Part shown: positions 20,596-29,358 of the stretch, in pieces
How the letters are laid out: each line of letters opens with the position of its first letter
Position numbering within the stretch: position 1 is the stretch's first letter
From: an uncultured virus (IMG/VR IMGVR_UViG_3300029705_006997)
Taxonomy: Duplodnaviria > Heunggongvirae > Uroviricota > Caudoviricetes
IMG/VR virus record: IMGVR_UViG_3300029705_006997
Length of the DNA: 64,000 bases
Reading direction: 5' to 3' (one strand)
The notes under the pieces: generated by a model
What the model saw: the letters and a program-made list of their open reading frames with translations, nothing else
What the model was told of the DNA's origin: nothing
Database searches by the model: none
Position numbers and translations under genes: made by a program

Positions 20596-22563
20596 GTGAT
20601 TAAGAATTATCAATCGCATTCATTGCGAAACCCTCTTGCTGATATTCCTTATGTTCCGGAAGCTCATTATGATTATGAGCCCGATTTGACAGGATTGACA
20701 GAAGAAGAGCTTGTGAAATATGCTGATAAGGTTTCTGAATATTGCGGACGTGTGGATGGTCGTTCTTTTAATTTAGACAGGACGAATCCGGGTGTGTACA
20801 CAATCGATAGCGAAAATGAAAGTATAGCTGGGGAAATAGCTAACGCGTTTGATGAAAATGGAAAATTTATCACAAACGGCGTTACCATTTGTAATCGTGA
20901 TACATTCACAAAACAGGATTTCGATTTACAAAAAGAAAACATGGCGATTGTTGCTGATATAAATGCTGGGCGACAGAAGGTTCATGAACAGGAAGCTAAA
21001 GCTCAGGAAAAGATTCAGTATGATGAAACTAAGCGTAAGAATTTTATAGGTAATTTTACAATAAAATCTGATGGTGATATCATACCTATCACGCTCGATT
21101 CTCAAATAAAAGACAATCAAGCAGATAATGTTTCTTTTGAAATAATTTACGATTTATCGGATTGTGAATATGATAATGCTATACGCACAGCTGATTATCA
21201 TGTTGAAAATCCTGATTCGCCTTCATTTTTGAAAACAGAGGCTGCGAATGTTGATGCAAAAGTGCCGATTGACGAGGCAGGCAATATCAATATGGACAAA
21301 TTAAAGGATTGCGCTTATTGTGATTTGGATATACGTCCAAATGCTACAACTCTCACAGGTGAAACAGTTGGTGGTGAAAAGATTCGAACATATGCGTTCA
21401 GTGCTCAGGTCGATGATAACGGTGTAATAGATTTTGATACAATAGACAAATCGTCTCTTTATCCTGAAGTATTACCTGAAGATTGTGCTCTCAGAACAAT
21501 ATCTTTGCATAATATTACATTATCTGAAGTAATGACCAAAGCTCTTGAATGTTCACAGCAGATATCAGAAGAAGATATGAACACAATGCGACAGAGTATG
21601 GAAGACAATCGTGTGGAATTTGATGAAAAATTCAACGCTGATGACCCTCGTGCTTTTTATGAAGAGCAGTATAAAAAGGTTATCGAAGAAGCTCTTGCTG
21701 TACCTGAAGATGCTGTTGATTTCGATTATGAGAAAAATGAAGAGCATAAAAAAGCAATTCTTGAATCAAGAATGGACAGCTTTGATGAATGTGAGATAGG
21801 GTTATGTGCTGCCGAATCCATTAATCCAACACCAAAACAGCTGATATATCCACGCAGTAAGACTATGACTGATAAAACAGATGAATCACAGCCATTTTAT
21901 GCAACAAGCGATGGTTATTATCATGTGTTGTTACGGGAAAAGGCGATTACGAGCGTCAGTGCAGGTTTTCCATCCACCAGTAGTCAGCAAACGGAATGTC
22001 ATTGCACTCTTGATATGTCTAAAGCATCAAAAGCTGATATTGTAAATTTAGCTGAATCATCAGGAAAAATTGATGATTGTACAGTGAAGGCCGGATATTC
22101 AATGTCTGTTGATGAAAAATCTTTTCGTAAACACACGTCAGATGCTTGTTTTGAAGATGCTATCACTGAATATGAATCCCATAAAAAACTTGCTGATGAT
22201 AAAAATGCATGGGGCAGTGTTATGTACAGAAATTATTCTGCAGAAAGATATATATCAGGTGTAGTTCGTCTTGATGAGCACGGCAAGTTTGATATGTCAA
22301 CATTTATTCCATCTTCTGAAAATCACAGAGAAGGATTTTCGAAAGATACTATTGAGCAGCATAAAGAAAACAATAAGTTGTTGTCTGATTTGATAAAACA
22401 CAAGGAACTCGGCATACCTGCTGCAGACAGAATGGCTCAGATTGAGTCTGATAAAGCAGCTGTTTCAGCTCGTTCAGCAAAGCTTGCGGCTACTTCTTCA
22501 TTTGTTGGATTCACAGATGATGTATCCGAAAAGACAAATGATAATCAGGATTTCAGGTTTTAA
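20596..22563 (+). CDS. Large acidic hypothetical protein
   Basis: 655-aa ORF followed by terminator; start uncertain. Confidence 0.75.
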   Translation: MIKNYQSHSLRNPLADIPYVPEAHYDYEPDLTGLTEEELVKYADKVSEYCGRVDGRSFNLDRTNPGVYTIDSENESIAGEIANAFDENGKFITNGVTICNRDTFTKQDFDLQKENMAIVADINAGRQKVHEQEAKAQEKIQYDETKRKNFIGNFTIKSDGDIIPITLDSQIKDNQADNVSFEIIYDLSDCEYDNAIRTADYHVENPDSPSFLKTEAANVDAKVPIDEAGNINMDKLKDCAYCDLDIRPNATTLTGETVGGEKIRTYAFSAQVDDNGVIDFDTIDKSSLYPEVLPEDCALRTISLHNITLSEVMTKALECSQQISEEDMNTMRQSMEDNRVEFDEKFNADDPRAFYEEQYKKVIEEALAVPEDAVDFDYEKNEEHKKAILESRMDSFDECEIGLCAAESINPTPKQLIYPRSKTMTDKTDESQPFYATSDGYYHVLLREKAITSVSAGFPSTSSQQTECHCTLDMSKASKADIVNLAESSGKIDDCTVKAGYSMSVDEKSFRKHTSDACFEDAITEYESHKKLADDKNAWGSVMYRNYSAERYISGVVRLDEHGKFDMSTFIPSSENHREGFSKDTIEQHKENNKLLSDLIKHKELGIPAADRMAQIESDKAAVSARSAKLAATSSFVGFTDDVSEKTNDNQDFRF

Positions 22564-22652
22564 ATAATTAACAAAACATCTCTTATGCCGGTTGGCATGG
22601 GGGATGTTTTTTGTTTTTATATTGTGAATATTATAATAATATTGAAATTATG

Positions 22653-22715
22653 CTCATTTATGAGGGCAAAATGAATTATTTAGCTATTGACAGGTAGCAC
22701 GAGATGTGATATAAT
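22653..22715 (+). promoter_or_regulatory. sigmaA-type promoter with CTCATTTATGAG box
   Basis: TTGACA 22687-22692, 17 nt, TATAAT 22710-22715; box 22653-22664. Confidence 0.8.
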
Positions 22716-22799
22716 GTAATTACAAAATATTATGACAATGATATTGGCATTATATTCAGACTATTTTAAAAAGACGATGAGAAAGGACTATAGTAAGAA

Positions 22800-25700
22800 A
22801 TGACAGGGTCACAAATTTATAAGGCATTAGCGGCCTGCCCTGAGTTTCAGACGCAGTTTCCGATGTTGCATTGCTATGGGACACCTGTAAAAAGGATGAC
22901 TCGTCAGCTTATCGGCAGAGAGAAACAGTTACGTCAGCTCAAGGCGGGTCTTTTACGCCCTGAACTTTGTAATGTATTGCTTTTGGGTGATGCAGGTTCA
23001 GGAAAATCCTGTGCAAATGATACACTCATACCTGTAGCCGATGAAAGAGGTTATGTACTCATTTCAGAGCTTAAAGTTGGTGATTATGTTTTCGATGAAA
23101 ATGGTAAACCGACACAGGTGTTGGGCGTATTTCCGCAGGGTAAAAAACATGCTTATAAGGTATCATTTCCCGATGGTGCCGGGATTGTATGCAACGATGA
23201 ACATTTGTGGAATGTTCGTAAGCGTAAAGCTCATTATTCGAACAGACCGTTTGAAACAATGACTCTCAGAGAGATGATGGATTTCGGTATTACACGTGAT
23301 TTGTCATCGGGCAAACGCAGAAGCTTTTACATTCCAATGAACGATGCGCTTCAGCGTGAAGAACGTGATTTACCGATTCATCCGTATGTAATCGGAGCGT
23401 TAATCGGTGATGGCAGTTTGTCGGCTAATAGTCAATTAACAGTATCATCAAATGATAAGTTTGTTGTGGATAAGATTGCAAGCTTGATAGGCGCTATTGA
23501 TGTTGTTAAAAGTATTTCGAATTACGATTGGTATTTTGTCAGAAAATCTAAGATAGGTACATCAACACATATTCAACAGAGTGAGCTCGCAAGCAAATGT
23601 TCTTTTGATAAAGTATTCTTTACCAAAAGCATCGAACGGCGTATTCCTCGTGAATATATGTTGGGTTCCATTGAGCAGCGATATGCGTTGCTCAGAGGTC
23701 TTATGGATACTGACGGTACGGTATCAGGTAACGGCAGATGTAATTGTTCATACAGTACAAACAATAAATTGCTTGCCGAAGATGTTCAGGAGCTTGTTCG
23801 TTCTCTTGGTATGAGAGCAAGTATTGCTGTTTCTCATCGTAATGATGATGTCCATAAAAACGATGAGTACGAAGTACATATTAGTGTTCCCGATGAGAAT
23901 AAGTTTAAATTGTTCAGCTTACCTAAGCATTTGGAAAAGCTTAATGCAAATCTTCGTGACAACAAGCATTTCAATAAGCATTATGATGATTTAGCTGTTG
24001 AATCAGTTGAAGATTTGGGCTATGAAACAGAGATGACTTGTATCTATGTTGATTCGCCGTCACATTTGTTTCAGGCAGGTAAAGAACATATCGTAACACA
24101 TAACACAGCTCTTGTACAGGGTGCTATGGCGGCTGATACAGCTCGTGTTTATCTCGAAATCGATATTTCAAAGATGATTGCTGATTTGAGAGATAACAAT
24201 GAAATGGCCGTTAAAATCAAAGCATTGTTTGATGAATCAGCCAAGTTTGTTAAAGAGTCAGGAACGGAAATTGTTTTGTTCATTGACGAATTTCATTTGA
24301 TTTGTATGCTTTCGGATGCAGCTGTTGAAGCCTTAAAGCCTCAGCTTGCCGACTCGGGTACACGAGGTGTACGAACGATAGTTGCCACTACATTTACCGA
24401 ATTCCGAGAATACATTTCGGCAAACCAGCCTCTTGTACAGCGACTTCAGAGAATTGAAATTCTCCCGCCTGCAAAGGAAGCGATAGTATCCATTCTTAAA
24501 TCCTTTGCTAAGATTTACGGAGTTGCTGATGAAATTCATGGTACATATCTGTATGAGCAGATTATTGAACTCAGTAACAGATATATTCCTGCGAACTCTC
24601 AGCCTCGTAAGAGTATTCTTTTGCTCGACCTTATGGTTGGTTGGTACAGAGCTGAGCCGGGGACAAAGATGGACATCAATCTGTTGTATGACGTTTTGAA
24701 ATATTCCGAGGGTATTGAGCTTAATGTAAGCGTAGATGCGGTCGGTATTAAAAAACGTCTTGACAGTAAGGTATTTGCTCAATATCTTGCAACCAGTGCG
24801 GTTGCGTCAAGATTGCAGATTACATCCGCTGACCTTAATAACAAGACAAAGCCTATGGGCAGTTTCTTGTTTACAGGTTCGACAGGTGTTGGTAAGGCGT
24901 TGACAAATTCTACTCGAATTCCTGTTTATACAGCTGATAATTCAGTATGTTATAAATTGAATGGGGATTTGAAAGTAGGGGACTATGTTTTTAATCGTGA
25001 AGGTAAGCCTGTTGAGATAACAGGTGTTTATCCGCAGGGTGAGCTCGATGTTTATGAAGTTGTGCTCACAGATGGACGCAAATTGCTTTGCAATGGCGAA
25101 CATATCTGGACCTATAAGTCCAGATTCGGTAATGGTTCCAAGGCATGGAAAAATGCCACAACGGAAGAACTGAGACAAAAATATCAGAATAAGTATTATA
25201 ACGAAGGTCGTCGTGCTCATACTGTAAAGTTTGTAATTCCTATGAATCAGGCTGTTCAATGGCCTGAAATCGATTATGAAGTCCACCCGTATGTGGTGGG
25301 CAGCATGATAGGCAACGGGTGTCTTACTTTGTCAGGATTGACATTTTCATCAAATGATAGGTCCGTTGTCAAGCGTATAGCGACTTTAATTGGTGCTCGC
25401 AGTTATCGTAAAGATAATGCGAACTATAATTGGTATTTTTACAATAAGCCTTATGACAAGAATAAACGAAACTGTCGTATTCAGACAGCTGATGTTTTTA
25501 AATCAATTCCGGAGCTTATAAATAAGCATTCGGGTAAGCGGTATATTCCCGATATTTACAAAAAGGGTTCGATTAAACAGCGTTGGGAGCTTATCAGGGG
25601 TTTGTTTGACACTGATGGAACAATAAGTCGAACTAATAATCGGTTTAATGTATCGTATAGTACGATGTCTGAGAGATTGGCATACGATATTCAAGAAGTG

Positions 25701-26876
25701 CTTTATTCTCTTGGTATTTCAAGCAACATATCTTGCCGTAAGCGAGATAATAAAAACGATGAATACGATGTTCATGTTAAAATCGGAAATCAGGATAAAG
25801 AAAAGTTCTTTTATGTCGAGCGAAAGAGAGCAATTGCTCGCAAAGCTGCGAAATCCGATGCCCATAAAACGAGAGTCAAGAAATTCGGAGAAGTTATCGG
25901 TATTCGTGATATTCGTAAGCTTGATTATAAGGAAGAAATGACCTGTATCATGGTTGATGACCCTGAGCATCTGTATCAAGCGGGGAATTTTGTAGTGACT
26001 CATAATACTGAGCTCACAAAACAGCTTGCTGAAATTCTTTTCGCAGACCCAAAACGTCTTATTCGTTTTGATATGACTGAATACTCTCAGCCTCAGTCTA
26101 TTGAACGTTTCAGAACTGAAGTTACTACGAAAGTCTGGGAGCGTCCTTACTCCGTATTGCTTTTCGATGAAATCGAAAAAGCCTGCGGTGATGTAACAAG
26201 AATTTTACTTCAGGTTCTTGACGATGGTCGTCTTATCGACCAGAATAACCGAGAAGTAAGCTTTTTGAATACATATATTGTACTCACAACCAATGCCGCA
26301 AGTGAAATTTATAAGACTGTCGGTAACTACGTGAATGATGACAATATGTCTGAAGCTGACCAGATTAAAGCACTTGGTAAGTATATGAAAGTTATCAGAC
26401 GTGCGATTGTTGAAGGTACAGGTAACAATAAATTCCCGCCTGAACTTCTCGGTCGTATTGACGCGATTTGCCCGTTCATGCCTTTGAGTGAAGATACACA
26501 GCGTAAAATTCTTGAAAAAAGAATGGAAAAGCTGCGTATTGAGGTTGAACAGAAGCATAATCTTAAATTATCCTATGCAACTGACGATATTCTCAGATAT
26601 ATCCTGCGTGATAAACTGGATACAGAATCTGATTCAGGTGGTGCTCGTATTGTAGCAACCAAGTTTGAAGAAGAGGTTGTAATCGAGGTTGCGAGAATAA
26701 TCAATTTTATCAACAGTGACAGCGATACTACGCTGACTCATGATAATATCATAGGCATAAGGATTGTTGTTGAAGGTGATATGGCTGTTGACAACAAGAA
26801 TTTGCTTGAAGGTAATGCAAGTATCGTTGCATATCCTGTAAACAAGGATAACAAAATTGTTCAAATCATTAAATGA
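22800..26876 (+). CDS. ClpA/ClpB-like double AAA+ ATPase with two inteins (about 622 aa after splicing)
   Basis: LIGRE, GDAGSGK|TALV, LFIDEFH, GSTGVGK|TELTK, RFDMTEY, LLFDEIEKA, LLQVLDDGRL, PELLGRID. Confidence 0.9.
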   Translation: MTGSQIYKALAACPEFQTQFPMLHCYGTPVKRMTRQLIGREKQLRQLKAGLLRPELCNVLLLGDAGSGKSCANDTLIPVADERGYVLISELKVGDYVFDENGKPTQVLGVFPQGKKHAYKVSFPDGAGIVCNDEHLWNVRKRKAHYSNRPFETMTLREMMDFGITRDLSSGKRRSFYIPMNDALQREERDLPIHPYVIGALIGDGSLSANSQLTVSSNDKFVVDKIASLIGAIDVVKSISNYDWYFVRKSKIGTSTHIQQSELASKCSFDKVFFTKSIERRIPREYMLGSIEQRYALLRGLMDTDGTVSGNGRCNCSYSTNNKLLAEDVQELVRSLGMRASIAVSHRNDDVHKNDEYEVHISVPDENKFKLFSLPKHLEKLNANLRDNKHFNKHYDDLAVESVEDLGYETEMTCIYVDSPSHLFQAGKEHIVTHNTALVQGAMAADTARVYLEIDISKMIADLRDNNEMAVKIKALFDESAKFVKESGTEIVLFIDEFHLICMLSDAAVEALKPQLADSGTRGVRTIVATTFTEFREYISANQPLVQRLQRIEILPPAKEAIVSILKSFAKIYGVADEIHGTYLYEQIIELSNRYIPANSQPRKSILLLDLMVGWYRAEPGTKMDINLLYDVLKYSEGIELNVSVDAVGIKKRLDSKVFAQYLATSAVASRLQITSADLNNKTKPMGSFLFTGSTGVGKALTNSTRIPVYTADNSVCYKLNGDLKVGDYVFNREGKPVEITGVYPQGELDVYEVVLTDGRKLLCNGEHIWTYKSRFGNGSKAWKNATTEELRQKYQNKYYNEGRRAHTVKFVIPMNQAVQWPEIDYEVHPYVVGSMIGNGCLTLSGLTFSSNDRSVVKRIATLIGARSYRKDNANYNWYFYNKPYDKNKRNCRIQTADVFKSIPELINKHSGKRYIPDIYKKGSIKQRWELIRGLFDTDGTISRTNNRFNVSYSTMSERLAYDIQEVLYSLGISSNISCRKRDNKNDEYDVHVKIGNQDKEKFFYVERKRAIARKAAKSDAHKTRVKKFGEVIGIRDIRKLDYKEEMTCIMVDDPEHLYQAGNFVVTHNTELTKQLAEILFADPKRLIRFDMTEYSQPQSIERFRTEVTTKVWERPYSVLLFDEIEKACGDVTRILLQVLDDGRLIDQNNREVSFLNTYIVLTTNAASEIYKTVGNYVNDDNMSEADQIKALGKYMKVIRRAIVEGTGNNKFPPELLGRIDAICPFMPLSEDTQRKILEKRMEKLRIEVEQKHNLKLSYATDDILRYILRDKLDTESDSGGARIVATKFEEEVVIEVARIINFINSDSDTTLTHDNIIGIRIVVEGDMAVDNKNLLEGNASIVAYPVNKDNKIVQIIK
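23007..24104 (+). mobile_element. Intein 1 with LAGLIDADG endonuclease (366 aa)
   Basis: Begins SCANDT, ends VTHN before Thr; IGALIGDG and LRGLMDTDG motifs. Confidence 0.9.
24897..26006 (+). mobile_element. Intein 2 with LAGLIDADG endonuclease (370 aa), Ala1
   Basis: Begins ALTNST, ends VTHN before Thr; VGSMIGNG and IRGLFDTDG motifs. Confidence 0.9.
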
Positions 26877-26894
26877 CAAAGGAGTGAATGACAG

Positions 26895-29288
26895 ATGAAG
26901 TTTCCTAACATCGGTGGTAAAAAGGCTGATAATGCTGAGAACTCATCTTCCGCACCTGCTGCGGCAAACAAAAAGGCAACTAAATCTGAAATGGGCGAAT
27001 ATCTTTCCGAAACAGTCGGAAGCGCAATGACAGATGTTATCGTAAAGAATGAAAACTTTATCGTCAGGGAAAACGGTAAGACCTATTACATAGGTATGCT
27101 GCTTGACGTAACAAAAATCGGCGGTATTAACAAAAAGGCTGTCAATAACAAAGATATAGGCGGAGTTATCGAAGCTATCAAGAGCAATCATATTGATGCT
27201 TATATTACTGATGAATTCAACAACAATAATGAATTGCTGTTTATTCCGTCAGCGGCTACATTTGACAGACTTATGGACTACGGCGTGTTCAGACGTGTTG
27301 ACGGCTATGAATTCATTAAGCTTGATAAAAAGCTCAATGTAGTCGAAAGAACAGGTGTGTTCGGAACATATGACGAGTTCAGGGATATCGGAAACGGAAG
27401 TAAGAAGATTACTGAGTTTGTAAAGCCTAAGGATGTCATTGTTCAGGGTTCACCGGAAGACCCGACAGCAAATCATAATCCTCTTGCAACTTTTGCAAAT
27501 AAAATTAAGGATGTTACATCGGATGTGGTCGAAAAGGCTGCACCTGTTGTTACTAAGGCTGTCAATACGGTGACAGAAAAAATATCTGAGACATCAGGTA
27601 TCAAGGATATGGTTCCGCCAAAGGCAGAAAAGCCTAAAGAAGAACCAAAACAGGAAGCCCCTGTTGTTGAAAATACTCAGCCTGTTCAGCAGGCACCTGT
27701 TCAGCAGCAGACAGTACAGCCCACAGCTCCTGTGTCCAATATTCCGGCTGAAGATGAACAGGAAGTCACATATACTGAAACCAGTATTATGAGTACAATA
27801 GAGCGTGTATTCCATGCTGATAATCTTGATTTACCTGTATCAACGGAACCTTTTGACCAGCTGTTCACACTTAATAACCATTTGATTAAATTCGATATCG
27901 ATTCTCGTGATACATATGTAAACGAAAGACTCAATGTCATGGCTGCCGATGCAAATCGTGATTTGCTGAAGCTTCGTGCTGATAATCTGAAAAAACTCAG
28001 AGAAAAGTACATCATGGTTATGTCAGTTCGTATTCTTGATATTCAGCGTGAATTCGATATTAACGATAAGTCGACACCGTATGGTCAAAGAAAGTGGAAC
28101 ATTGATGAAACACGAGAAAAAAGAGTTGAATCTGTTGCCACAGAAATTGAAGCGAAGCGTAAAGAAATCGAAGATGAATACAACAAGTCATTGGAAGAGT
28201 ATTGTGAAGCCGAAGCCAAAAAGGCGAGAAGCGAGTATAACAATAAATATCAGAGAACCTGCAATGACCGTATGAATCAGGTTGAAAGCCTTGTAAAGGC
28301 TGAAATCGATAACGACTATAATCGTGCTATCAGTGATTTGTATACATCAAGACGCAGTGAAGCACTTACTCTTCTTGATATGAACGTAACTATGACTCTT
28401 AAGGAACTTGCTGAAGAATACAAGGCTATGTTTGAAGAAGAAAATGCTTTGTATATCGAACGTGCCGAACAGATGCGTGAATATACGAAAGAGCTGCATG
28501 CCGAAGACGCTAAGCGTCTGGCTATCGAAGAAGAGCGTAATCGTATTTCCAATGAGGTTAATGATGCAAGAGCTGAAGCGGCTGCTAAAATTGAGCTTAT
28601 CCGAAAGGAATTCGAGACAGCTCAGGCTGCTCTTGAAGCACGTTCCGAAGCAACTATTGCTCAGGCTGAAAATCAGAATACACTTATCAAGGAACAGATG
28701 GATGCAAGAACATCTGCTCTTGAACAGGATAAAGAAAGATTGCAGAAGCAGCTTGATGAAGCCATCAAAAGAGCAGATGAAGCTCAGGAAAATGTCAGAG
28801 CGGATTACGAGCATAGGCTCACACAGGCTCAGGATGACAGAGATTCTTGGAAACAGACGCTCGAAAGCTACAAGGAGCAGCATAAGCATAATAACAGATT
28901 GGCAACGATTCTTGTTATTGCAATCACAATTGCGGCAATTGCAGGCGGTTTTGTAGCCGGCGGTGTTTACTGGAACAGAATTGTAGCGGGTGAGCTTACA
29001 AACAATTCAAGTGATGTTGAAATCAATGTGATTGACCCTAATACGGTAAATACTACAACAGAGCTTGAAAGTGCTGTAACTGACGCATTGACAGACAATG
29101 AAACAGAAAATACTGAGACAAGCAATGAAAAGACAGCGGAAACATCAGTTCCCGAAGAGTCTGAGATTACATCTTCTGTAACTACAGCTGTGACTACAGT
29201 TCCTGAAGATGATGAAGATACATCGTCAGTTACAACACCTGTTACAACTCGTTCCTCAGGAACCTTTACCACAACAGGTCGTAATTGA
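26895..29288 (+). CDS. Long coiled-coil protein with C-terminal TM helix and Thr-rich tail
   Basis: 797-aa ORF with GGAG RBS. Confidence 0.85.
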   Translation: MKFPNIGGKKADNAENSSSAPAAANKKATKSEMGEYLSETVGSAMTDVIVKNENFIVRENGKTYYIGMLLDVTKIGGINKKAVNNKDIGGVIEAIKSNHIDAYITDEFNNNNELLFIPSAATFDRLMDYGVFRRVDGYEFIKLDKKLNVVERTGVFGTYDEFRDIGNGSKKITEFVKPKDVIVQGSPEDPTANHNPLATFANKIKDVTSDVVEKAAPVVTKAVNTVTEKISETSGIKDMVPPKAEKPKEEPKQEAPVVENTQPVQQAPVQQQTVQPTAPVSNIPAEDEQEVTYTETSIMSTIERVFHADNLDLPVSTEPFDQLFTLNNHLIKFDIDSRDTYVNERLNVMAADANRDLLKLRADNLKKLREKYIMVMSVRILDIQREFDINDKSTPYGQRKWNIDETREKRVESVATEIEAKRKEIEDEYNKSLEEYCEAEAKKARSEYNNKYQRTCNDRMNQVESLVKAEIDNDYNRAISDLYTSRRSEALTLLDMNVTMTLKELAEEYKAMFEEENALYIERAEQMREYTKELHAEDAKRLAIEEERNRISNEVNDARAEAAAKIELIRKEFETAQAALEARSEATIAQAENQNTLIKEQMDARTSALEQDKERLQKQLDEAIKRADEAQENVRADYEHRLTQAQDDRDSWKQTLESYKEQHKHNNRLATILVIAITIAAIAGGFVAGGVYWNRIVAGELTNNSSDVEINVIDPNTVNTTTELESAVTDALTDNETENTETSNEKTAETSVPEESEITSSVTTAVTTVPEDDEDTSSVTTPVTTRSSGTFTTTGRN

Positions 29289-29297
29289 CAGTAAATT

Positions 29298-29332
29298 CAA
29301 CCCTTGCTTGAGTAAAATCAAGCAAGGGTTTT
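29298..29332 (+). terminator. Terminator-like hairpin directly upstream of the virD4-like gene
   Basis: AACCCTTGCTTGA...TCAAGCAAGGGTTTTT. Confidence 0.65.
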
Positions 29333-29358
29333 TAAATTCGTAAAGGAGTGATGTATTG

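Noticed and set aside
23009..23012. Cys as first residue of intein 1
   Set aside because: Alignment with intein 2 and the Clp Walker A consensus GKTA place the junction one residue earlier, at Ser
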